A stretch of 64,000 nucleotides of DNA, taken from the human T2T-CHM13v2.0 reference genome, Homo sapiens. The stretch's first letter is position 1. Each line of letters opens with the position of its first letter. The notes under the pieces are model-generated. The model was given only the letters and a program-made list of their open reading frames with translations. It was not told where the DNA came from and did no database searches. A program made the translations under genes and the position numbers. The DNA is taken from the NCBI RefSeq assembly GCF_009914755.1, contig NC_060926.1. One strand, given 5' to 3'. Positions 1 to 16,507 of this stretch are shown piece by piece.

Positions 1-444
1 TCTTTTTTCTTTTTTTTTTTTTTTTTTAGGAGAAGGGTGTACTCCTACTATTTCAAACTTAAATATCTTCTGAATAAGAAATGGCTTTCCAGTTCTGTTT
101 GGTAAATTCTCTCAAGTCAGATTTTAAATCGTACACCCAAAAAAAATCCTTGATTTTTTTTTAGCATAAATCTATCCTACTTTACATAAATAACATACAT
201 TATGAGAACGGAATTTGCAACACAAAAAGACGGTTATTCATGTTTCCAAAGGGATCAACATTTGAGTTTCTTTCAATGGGTGGCTCTACTGTTTTGTTCA
301 CAATGTGGTTTTGTGTCACCTCAACTTTTCAGAAGCACATGGACTACATACATCAAAGTCCACTTGTGCTTTTATTAAAAGTACCCCCAAAGCATTTCAA
401 ATGTCACTGTATACATCCCCACAGCTATCTTGTTAAAGGCAAAA

Positions 445-486
445 TACATACATACATACATACATACATACATACATACATACATA
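445..486. repeat. (TACA)n microsatellite
   Basis: About 10 perfect TACA units. Confidence 0.95.
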
Positions 487-843
487 AACAACATAATCCT
501 CCTTCATTGCCAACCATTCAACAGTACATTCTGCCCCATAAGCCTTTTTAAACACACTGGGCTCAGCTCGTGGGATTCCTGAAGTGCAATAGCCCTAACA
601 CTGTTTTCCAAGGTAGAGATTTCTAAAAGGTGAGATGGAGTACACAGTTGCTTCAAACAGTGTGATCCAGATACAAACACAGTCCCAACATGCACCAGAT
701 ATGAAATCTCTGTGCCAGAAACCAGGGTCACTGGCACCATGGAATCAAGAACCATTTTCTGTGTGTAAAGTACTAGGTGCCTAGATCTGCCAGTAAGCAT
801 CTACCAGTTTCCTAGCATAAAAGTCAGCAAAAGTCAGGAATGA

Positions 844-1398
<555 letters not shown>

Positions 1399-1462
1399 TG
1401 ATATTTATTGTATTTGAAATTAAAATGAAAAAATAGATATTAACATATTTTAAAATAATACG

Positions 1463-1980
<518 letters not shown>

Positions 1981-2576
1981 ACAATAGTAAACCTATTACA
2001 CATTAAACATAAATAACATTTTTATGACCAATAACAATATTTTTCCAAAGCAAAAAAAAAATTAGTGAAAAGCATGGCACTGTTTTACAATTTTGCAAAT
2101 CTCCTTAATGTCTGGGCTTATCAAAGACAGTTGGACTTTCCTATCTGCATCTGTGTTCAATCTGTTGTACTATCTCAGCTTATGTAGACACAAGAAAACT
2201 TCACTGTAGTCTTGTGAGAATGAGAATGAAATGGGAAAATTAATATCTTAGTATTATTATGAAAATAGTTTTGACCTTGCAGACCTCCAGTAAAAGTCTT
2301 GGGGACTGCTGGGGGTACCCAGGTCACACTTTCAGAACCTCTGCCTTATGAGTTAGGAGATATTATCTCCATTTTTCAAATGGGCAAACTGAGACAGAGA
2401 GGTCAAGGAATTGTCCAAGGCCATACTGCTAGAATAGCTCAGAGTAGCTAAAATGCAATGAGCATAACAGATTTAACCTCAATTGTTTGTTGCAAGGATT
2501 GAATGAGATCGTGAATATAAAGAGCAGGACATCCTGCTTGTCTTATCACAAATGCCCAATAACATTAATGTTTCCC

Positions 2577-2940
<364 letters not shown>

Positions 2941-3616
2941 TCATCACACATATGACACCAGCAAGAAAAAATAAAACTCCACCACAGGTATTGTCCAGAG
3001 GAGCAGCTTTTCCTTATAGACCAAACCTTGGCCCATTCCTCAGCACAAAAGCAGCCTTTGATGACTCAGAAACGCAGGGCCTTATTCCAGCCTCTGTTAG
3101 GCAAATTACACTGGTGGACTGGGCATCTGTCACCTTGTTCCTTGGGAAACTTGAGCAAGCCAAGAAACCTGCTCCATTATTTACAGCATTGTTTTTGCAT
3201 CACGCTGTATTTACAAGGAACCCTCAACAGACAAAAATGATGCCGCTAGTGTGTGCAGCCAAACCTTTAACAGAAACCAGCAACTGCGGTCTTGCTGGCC
3301 AGGTGCTCAGCACTCCCCGGCTCTCTTTGTTGATCAACTTTCTTAGCCCACGTGGCCCACCCACTCCTGCCTCCGGTGGGCCCACAGGGTGCAGGTCACT
3401 TCCCTTCTGCGGATTTGGGAAGTGGTAACACACTTGGGGAAGTGGGACTAGTGACGTTCAGACCACCACACTCTTAAAAGGCTGCCCCTAAACAGCAGGC
3501 AAGAGCAAGAGGAGCCTGAGCTATCGCTTCCACCCAAGTGCAGGTCACCAGATCTCTCATCAGCAGGGCTGCGGCCGGCCTCAGCTTCCAACCTGACCCC
3601 CTATCCCCTGCCCTTA

Positions 3617-3941
<325 letters not shown>

Positions 3942-4199
3942 GTGCACAACGGGTAAGGTCAGTTTTCTTGCTAAAACGTCCCCGAGGTTTCCCCTACTCA
4001 GTTGGAACCAAAACCAAACTCCTTATTTTGGCCTATAAAAACCCGCCTCACCTGGCAGAAGCCCACCTCTCCTGCCACAAACAAGGCCTTCTCCCCTCCG
4101 CTTTGCTCTCTCTAATCCACCTGTAGCGCCCCTCCAGGACCTCCAGCAGCTAGAATGTCATGTCCTTGAAGAGGCTTTGCCAAATCAAAAGTTGCCACT

Positions 4200-4418
4200 C
4201 CACCCGGTTGTATTTGAGACTTTACAGCGCTTCTTACTTTAGAAGTTCTCTTCATTTTACTTGTATATTGGACGTGTCCCTCCCTCCGCATCCCCCTCCT
4301 GGAAGGTAAGCTTCCTGGAGAACAGGGGCTCCTCCTGGTCCCCCGCGACATCCCCAGCGCCCAGCACCGAGCCCGGCACAGACTAAGCACTCGGCTAAGG
4401 CGGATCGAATGAATGAAT
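4200..4418 (+). mobile_element. L2 LINE 3' end at the edge of the CpG island
   Basis: gtaagcttcctggagaacagggg...atccccagcgcccagcaccgagcccggcacagactaagcactc...gaatgaatgaatg aligns to the L2 3' terminus. Confidence 0.7.
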
Positions 4419-4649
4419 GGAGCCGCGGCGCCGCGGCGCCGCGTTGCCGCAGGAATCCCGGGCAAGCGATCCTGGCGCGTCCGCACCGTCTGGGGCAGCG
4501 GGGCCACAGGGACGCACGGTTCGGGTGGCCAGGCGGGACTCGGCCCGCACCCCCACCCGGCCGCGCGCCCGGCCCGGACGCCCCAGGTGCCTCCCCGGAG
4601 CGCGAGCGCCCCCACCGCCTACCCGGGCCGGCGGTTCCCCCGCACTCAC

Positions 4650-4652
4650 CAT
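4650..4652 (-). CDS. AP1S3: AP1S3 (AP-1 adaptor sigma-1C subunit) first coding exon: initiator ATG only
   Basis: The minus strand reads ggcccagccacgATG|gtgagtgc: Kozak A at -3, then a consensus GTGAGT donor (4649-4644), inside a CpG island. Gene identity is inferred from the known position next to the 3' end of WDFY1 and the recalled ATG-only first exon. Confidence 0.8.
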
Positions 4653-4790
4653 CGTGGCTGGGCCGCCGCCTCCCCCGCCTTGCGAGCAAGGAGCGCTGGA
4701 GAAGCGAGGGCGAGAGGCGAGCGCTGGAGCCGGTGCGGCTGACAGGTGAGGCGCCCGGCTTAGACCATGGCTGCTTCCCACAATGCCCTG
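4653..4790 (-). other. AP1S3: AP1S3 exon 1 5' UTR (TSS approximate)
   Basis: GC-rich sequence directly upstream of the ATG. The TSS cannot be fixed from sequence alone. Confidence 0.55.
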
Positions 4791-5424
4791 GCACTGAAAG
4801 TGTGCAGACTCCTCCCAGCGCGGCTGCCTCCTCCCTGCACGCTCCTCCCCGCTGCCTCCTCCCCGCGCCCTCCTCCCCGCTCCCCCCGCTCCTCGCCCTC
4901 CTGCTCTCCTTCTTTCTTCCTTTCCCCTTTCTCCTCCCTTCTCCTCCTCCTCCTCCTCTTCCCTCCTTTCTGCCTCTCCTCTGTACCCCCTCCCCGCCCC
5001 CGCCTCGGCTGCAGCTGTTCCCGCCCCGAGCCGGCCGCACCTGGAGCGAATGCACCTGCGCGCGCGGGCGTCTGTACCCCGACAGCCCGCAGCTCGGCGC
5101 GGGTGGTCAGGCGAGAGCGCGTGGCCCGCTAGGAACTCCCTGCGCGGGGAACTCCCTGCGCGGAGAACACCGGGGACTTTTCGCGATTCTGCCGCGCGAG
5201 TGTGTCCTGTATTCCTTCCGCAAACGTTTATCAAACCTGGCAAAGATACTTCCGATACACTCGCAGAAAGTGCCGGGGGCTGCCTTATCCTAAGCCTCCT
5301 AGGGAGGGAGCAGTTGGAAGAGAAAGAACTAGAAGCGTTTTCTTATCCCCTTCTGCCCCCATTTCACTTTTTAAAAAGTAAGCTCTGCAGTCTAAGGGCA
5401 AAGATCATTTTAAGCAGGCCCCCA

Positions 5425-5425
5425 T

Positions 5426-5468
<43 letters not shown>

Positions 5469-5615
5469 GAGACGGAGTGTCGCTCTGTCGCCCCGTCTGG
5501 AGTGCAGTGGGGCGATCTCGGCTCCCTGCAACCTCCGCCTCCTGCGTTCAGGGTGATCCACCCGCCTCGGCCTCCCAAAGTGCTGGGATTACAGGCATGA
5601 GCCACTGCGCCCGGC
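5425..5615 (-). mobile_element. AluS-type chimeric monomer with (TTTA)n tail
   Basis: The right arm joins the left arm at the homologous position (gcgttca|gggtgatccacccgcc). Confidence 0.9.
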
Positions 5616-5896
5616 AGCACGACCCCCTTTTAAGAAGTCTCTCCTAAGAAGTTGTGGTGTAGAAAGTTCGTTCTCCAATCTCTCCTCCCCTTGACTTTTC
5701 TTAAATCTAGGGCGTTGAGAGTCTCTAAACCCCCAAGCTGTAAACAGAGTTTTTTCTTTTTTCTTTTAATTATATTTACCAGATAGACTAGATGTAAGCA
5801 GAGTTTTTAATGCATATTCATGTTTTTGAGAAAGGGAGTCCACTGGTTTTATCAAATAGCTAAAGAGATCCTAGACCCTGCAAAAGTTAAGAATCA

Positions 5897-6340
<444 letters not shown>

Positions 6341-7121
6341 CTAGGCCAGGCCCTACAACAGGAGCCTGGGGGACCCAGCTGGGAACAAACAGGTGGTCTG
6401 TCTCCTGGAGCTTACGTCTCTTGTGGGACAACACATAATAAACAAGTAAATAAAATATAAGAAATTAAGATGAGTGCTAAGAAGGAGATATTTGAGTTCC
6501 TCGGATGGGCACAGGGAAGCTACATTGATTTAGCTGAGTGGTCAGGTAAGTGCCCCCTGGGGAGGTGACAGAAGACTTGGATGTGAGAAGCCAGCGCTCT
6601 GAAGAAGAAGAAAAAAAAGTCCTTCTGGAAACACTTCAAAAAAGGCCTCTATGTGAGTTAAGTGCCAGGAGGCCTAGAGGTGGGCAGGGGCCAGAGGCAA
6701 TGAGTGTTCTCTACATTAGGGCATCACTGCAAGCCCCCAGGAGAGCCACAGCCTCCAGCCTCAAAGCTCTCAAACCTGGACTTGTGGCATTCTGCCGGGG
6801 GCATTGGAAGAGGACTATTTGACAACAGTTAAACCCCAGGCGATGGGATGATTTTGCTTCCTGAAAGAAAAGTGAATCTAGGACAGCTACTTTTTAACTC
6901 CTATGTTCTTCCCCCAGGGTCTGTTCCTTCCCTTTCTCAGTACATCATGCTTTATCTAACTAGATAGAATCTAATCTTTGTGCTTCTCCTCCTTTCTAGG
7001 TAACTTCAGGGCAGGGCCCAGCTCTGTGCCACCATCCAGAGCCTTGTGCTGTAAGGGTTTCTTTGCTAGTGGGAAAGAAATGGAATTACTAAAGGTGAAT
7101 TACAAAGCTAAAGAAATCTCA

Positions 7122-7781
<660 letters not shown>

Positions 7782-8130
7782 GCAGGAGAAGTTTCCCTTA
7801 CTGTGTGGCTTATGGTTGGAGGGGGTGTAATTAAAGATGTAGAGGTTGAGGGGGGCAGGTAACTTAAAAATTATTAGTGTCCTTTGCCTTTCCTCCTGGC
7901 CTGGCTGAGATGGGCAGAGGATGCTCTCTGGGGCCTCTGCCACCCAGTGTTTTTTCCTCCAGATTCTCACACCATACCCCAAATCACCGAAGAGGGAGGC
8001 CTGCAGTGAGCTGGACACTTCACAGGGTTATCTTGGCTGCCCCCAAAACAATCCGTAAGAAAGGAAGCACTGTGGCCATGGTACAGATGAAAGCCTGAGG
8101 CTCAGAGGCTCAACAGCAATAATAAGAGGC

Positions 8131-8602
8131 AGGCCGGGCACAGTGGCTCAGGCTTGTAATCCCAGCGCTTTGGGAGGCCGAGGCAGGAGGACTGCTTAAG
8201 TTCGGGAGTTTGAGATCAGTCTGGGCAACATGGGAAGACCCCATCTCTATTTTAAAAATAATAATAATAAACTAAGTGTAAAAAGAAGCTAATAAGAGGC
8301 AGGGATAAGCCTAGAATCAAGGCACTAAGATTCAAGATGGTTCCCCCTAAAGCCCTACCCCTGACAGACCTACTCAGAACGCAACAGTGAGAGTTAAGCA
8401 GTGTTTATTTCATCAGTCATTTGTCTCAGAAGAATAACATGCATTTTTAAGCTTTGACTTCTCCTTTAAAAAAAAAATTCTGTAGAGATGGGATCTTACT
8501 ATGTTGCCCAGGTTGATCTCGAGAATCCCTGGCCTCAACGGATCCTCCTGTCTTGGCCTCCCAAAGTGCTGGGATTACAAGCATGGGACACCACACCCAG
8601 CC
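8131..8602. mobile_element. Two Alu left monomers / FLAM (8131-8270 +, ~8470-8602 -)
   Basis: Single-monomer Alu sequences. Confidence 0.85.
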
Positions 8603-9472
8603 TTAGTCTTGACTTCTGTATCCCATCTTTGCTTCTGTTCAAACTCCTGACTCCACACGTGGCCCACAAATAGCAAAACCCCAGGGAGGACCCAGAGGCC
8701 CTATCACTCAAGATGTACCAGTCTAAAGAGGAGTTCCCTGGTCAGATCCTAAAGAGGCTTTTAGATTCAAAATCTAATGTCCTAGAAGACAAGTACAGTG
8801 TGTTACATGGTTCCGGTTAGGTTGTTTATGAGCTGGTGCATGTGATTCTGTGTGTGTACATTTACTCATAAAACAATGCCCTGGCATTTGGTCAACTTGA
8901 TTTAGGAGTTTCACTTCTCAGATCATTCTATATTTAAATATTAGCAGAAGATGCAGAGAGAATGCAGCAAAAGCCACCATCAAGTCCACAGCAAGGGAGA
9001 AGAGCAAGTTAGGGACCTGATAATAAAGTAAAATAATAATAATCTATAAACCAAAATACTGACTTCACAGAAATTGAGATAGATCAAGCTGTGAGTTTAA
9101 GAAACTGAAAGAAGCAAAGGAGAGGCCAACTTCAAAGTCGGCTTATGCAGTGCCTTCACAGGCATTAATTGAAGCCTGGTCCTGCTGTTCTTTAATGCCC
9201 TCTTATTAATGTCTTAAGTAATCAACATCTCCAGTAATCCCTTCTGCAGCATTCAGAAATTCATCTTGTCATGGTGAAACTTTTAGTATGAGGCCTTATG
9301 CTCTTTAGAAACCCCCTTTACTTTTCAAAAGAGGGCCTATTATTCCAAATGGAAAAACTCTACTTAATATATTTCTAAAGAATATTTTCAGAAAATTTTT
9401 AATTATAAAATAATATAGGTTCATTGCAGATTTGGAAAACACAGAAAAGTGTTATTTTAAAACCTCACTCTA

Positions 9473-10520
<1,048 letters not shown>

Positions 10521-10543
10521 TAAAACCAAAATTGAAATTCTAC

Positions 10544-11246
<703 letters not shown>

Positions 11247-11519
11247 CCTACTGTATGTACTCTTTTGCATCCTACTGGGTTTCTTGTAGTAGCATAGTTA
11301 TGGAACAAATATTGTTTGAACATCTACTCTGTGATAAGAACTGTGCTTCGCACTGGGCATAGAACAGTGAAGAGAGGAGTCGTGGTCCCTCTCAGGGTGG
11401 ATGTACAGTGTTATGGGGGAAGACAAATATGAAATAAATAATAACATACATAAATGTTTAATTATCATGAATGCTCTGAAAGGAAAGGATAAGATGCCAG
11501 CAAACATGCAACAAAGAAA

Positions 11520-12315
<796 letters not shown>

Positions 12316-12626
12316 GTTGATTCAGGACATAAAAGAGTCAGGGAACAGAAGTATAAACTTGGGCCTGAGGAATGAGCGAGAGTTAAGCTGGCCTGGAGCA
12401 GAAATGAAATACAAAAAGCAATTGAAGCAGAGGAGACAGCCTGGTCATGAGCAAGAGACCTGGAGTGGGAGTGGCCACAGAATATGGCAGCAAGAAAGCC
12501 AGAGTTCAGGAAGGGGGTGGATCACGCAGGTCCTTGGAGGTCTCATTAAGGATTCAGAATGGGAGACCAAGAAATGGAGATCATTTAAGGCTTACACAAG
12601 CAGTGAAGTGGCAAGATCACGCTTTA

Positions 12627-13444
<818 letters not shown>

Positions 13445-13944
13445 AATTTCTAACTTAAAAAAAAAAAAGAAAAAAAATCCACGATACTTAAAGGACATTT
13501 AATAGGCCATTTTGGGCTACTCATTTTCTATTTCCGTACAATTGGATAAGTAATACAATTCCTGGAGTCTATGTTCTTAAAACAAAATACAGAGATTGTT
13601 TCCAGTTGTCATTTTACAAATACTACAACAGAAGTCCTGTGCATAAAATTTGTGTCCAAGCTTCTGGTTATATCAGGATAAATTCATAAAGGGTTTTGTG
13701 TGTGTGTTTGTTTTTGTTGTTGTTGTTTAGGGTTTTTTTTTTTTAAACAGGGTCTTGCTTTGTTGCCCAGGATGAAATGCAATCACACACAATCATGGCT
13801 CATTGCATCACTATCTATGTATTCATCAAGAAAGATTGTACGGAGTATATGAGAGTCTCTGTTTCACCAATTCCTATCAGTAAGGACAACTCATGTGATT
13901 CTTGAGTTAAGAATAAGTTCCTGCTGGGTGTGGTATGATCTCAT

Positions 13945-14295
13945 TCCACATTCTTTCAATCCATTCTCATTAGGCTTCTGCCCTCACACTCCACCAAGCT
14001 ACTTTTATAAGATTACCAATGAGATCACCATGAGCTTGTACTGTCTGATCCAATGGGCAACACTCAGCCTTCATCTCATTTCACACATCAGCAGCATTAG
14101 ACCACACTGCTCCTGTCCCTCTCCAGGAAGAAAAACTGCTTTCTTGGCCTCTACAGCACCCCTCTCTGGGCTCTCCTTCTCCTTCATTGGCCATGTCCCT
14201 TTGTTATTGTTGAATCCCCCTCATCTCCCAAACCTCTACATGTTGTCATACCCAAGTTCAGTCTTTGGATAGCTCTCGTCTTCACACTTACCCCG
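13945..14295 (+). mobile_element. L2 LINE fragment (RT region)
   Basis: ggcttctgccctcacactccacc...catcagcagcattagaccac resembles L2 ORF2 relics. Confidence 0.6.
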
Positions 14296-14431
14296 TAGTT
14301 TAGCTGGAACATGGAGAAAGTTAGGAAAGTGGGTGTTTTAAAGCTGCTAGTGTAGGTTAAGACCAATACTTTGAAGACAACTTATGCCAAATAATTTAGA
14401 CAAGGAAGATTTGTCACAGGGTTTTGAGTCG

Positions 14432-15209
14432 TGTTGATGAAAAGAGTCAAACTCTGTAAAATATTTTAAAAGATTTATTCTGAGCCAAATATAAGTGACC
14501 ATGGCCTGTGGACACAGTCCTCAGGAGGTCCTGAGAACATGTGCCCAAGGTGGCCGGGGTTGGGGCACAACTTGCTTTTATACATTTAAAGAGCCATGAG
14601 ACATCAATCAAATATATTTAAGAAATACATTGGTTAGGTCCAGAAAGGCCGGACAACTCAAAGGCGGGCGGGGTAGGAGGGAACTTCCAACATTTTCTGG
14701 TTGACAATTGGTTGAGTTTGTCTAAAGACCTGGGATGGATAGAAAGGAAATGCTCAGGTTAAGATAAAAGATTGTGGAGAACAAGGTTCTTTTTGAAGTG
14801 GCTGCCCTTAGAGACAACCGATGACACATGTTTCCTATTCAGATCTTTAAAAGGTGCTAGACTTTTAGTTAATATCTTTACTATTGCGGGGGATGGCACG
14901 GGGGTACCTGGAAGAAAAAGATCCAGCTATGTTAATGGAGATTCTCCGCAGATGCAAATTTTCCCCCACAAAGGACAGCTTTGCAGGGCCATTTCAAGAT
15001 ATGGCAAAGAAACATGTTTTGGGGTAAAATATTTTTATTTTCTTCCTTGTCTTGTAATGTTATGCCAGAGTCAGGTTGCAAAGTAACTCATGATATATAG
15101 AGCTAAATAAAACCCATCTGATGAGAATTTATGGTTTATAGGGCATGACCCTCCAGACCCCTTAGATAGGAATTTGGGCAAGATTAAAAAAATCAGAGCT
15201 TAGTTCTCA
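14432..15209 (-). mobile_element. ERV1 solo LTR, MER4 family (MER4E-like), 778 bp
   Basis: The minus strand begins TGAGAACTAAGCTCTGATTTT and ends GACTCTTTTCATCAACA. TSD gtcg/gtca (4 bp). TATAAAA at 14582-14576 and AATAAA at 14479-14474. Confidence 0.85.
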
Positions 15210-16102
15210 GTCAGGATGAGGATGATGGGGGCAGAGTACAGGGCAAGGGGTTAATGTGTGGCTGGAACAAGGCTGTGCCTGGGGGGAGATCAACTTGAGA
15301 AGGTATTAGGCTGCAGGGCATAGGGACATAATGCTGGAAGAAACTGTTCAAAGAGCTGCGTGCCCAATTGGGTGAGACTTTAAATGTATTTTTTTTTCAG
15401 ATTTGAGAAGAATCTGGTCATCTGGCCGTGAAATTCAAAGTCTGTGTATAACTTAATTCATAGACATGTGTGCATGTACACACACACATGCCCCCATAGA
15501 AATGACTCTTTGAATTCCTCAAACATTCAGTTCCTTTAGGTTGTGGCTTTTATTGCCAATTGAAATTAATCACCAGGGAAGGCCAGTATACAAATTCTCG
15601 AGTTGTTTCCATTTCTACATGAGCATGTTTACAACATGCTTTCCATGCAGTTAGGGTTTATGAAAAGAGGGGTATGAGTCCAGAGCCAGAGCCATGGTGG
15701 GTGCCAGACAGATCCCTAAGGAAAGGGCAAAAGCCAGCAAGCCAGATGCCACAGGTTTACAGTCACCAGGGATGTCCTCCACAGTGGATGCCTTGAGTAG
15801 GCCCCTCCCTCTTCAGGAAAAGGCTTGGACTTCCAGGCCCCAGGTCCATCCATAAATTACTTTTGTCCATTATCTCTAAAGACCACAAATTCATTAAAAT
15901 GAAACAAAACATAGCTACATACATATCACCAAGGGTTGGTCTGCCTTATTGTTTGTTCATGACATCCTTAGGATTTGTGTAGACACAGCACAATGTGAAA
16001 CTGTGAGAATGTAAAATTATTAAAGAATGAGGCAAATATACCTAGAGTCACTTTCATCTTCTGCACTAGGGGTTTAATGGCATCTTAATCCAGATGACCT
16101 AT

Positions 16103-16459
16103 CATATTAGTCCATTTTCACGTTGCTGATAAAGACATACCCGAGACTGGGCAATTTACAAAAGAAAGAGGTTTAATGGACTTAGAGTTCCATGTGGCCA
16201 GGAAGGCCTCACAATCAAGGTGGAAGGCGAAAGCCATGTTTCACATGGCGGCAGACAAGAGAAGAGAGCTTGTGCAGGGAAACGCCCCTTTTAAAGCCAT
16301 CAGATCTTGTGAGACTCATTCACTATCATGAGAACACCGCAGGAAAGACCCACCCCCATAATTCAATCACCTCCCATTAGGTTTCTCCCACAACATGTGG
16401 GAATCGTGGGAATTACAATCAAGATGAGATTTGGGTGGGGACACAGCCAAACCATATCA
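16103..16459 (-). mobile_element. THE1B solo LTR
   Basis: The minus strand starts TGATATGGTTTGGCTGTGTCCCCACCC; THE1B-type internal sequence; perfect 5-bp TSD cctat. Confidence 0.9.
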
Positions 16460-16507
16460 CCTATATCTACTAATTAATACTATTCAAATGTTATCACACT
16501 ATAAATT

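Larger units (their letters stand above)
4330..5290. promoter_or_regulatory. AP1S3: CpG island / AP1S3 promoter
   Basis: About 950 bp of very high GC and CpG density. GC boxes (ccccgcccccgcc) near 4992-5025 and a pyrimidine-rich tract at ~4810-4990 lie upstream of the minus-strand exon. Confidence 0.92.

Noticed and set aside
1-30. Poly(T) run ending in AG, as a splice acceptor or processed-pseudogene tail
   Set aside because: Cut by the window edge, on the strand opposite AP1S3, and not followed by recognisable exon or retrocopy sequence.
2952-3428. 158-aa plus-strand ORF in AP1S3 intron 1
   Set aside because: No recognisable family and no supporting promoter or poly(A) context; consistent with chance.
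4743-4751. Plus-strand donor CAG|GTGAGG in the CpG island, suggesting an antisense transcript
   Set aside because: A single motif with no identifiable partner exon; cannot be supported from sequence alone.
4112-5469. Long overlapping ORFs (up to 294 aa) on both strands
   Set aside because: Stop-codon depletion in a GC-rich CpG island; low-complexity R/G/P/A content with no recognisable domain.
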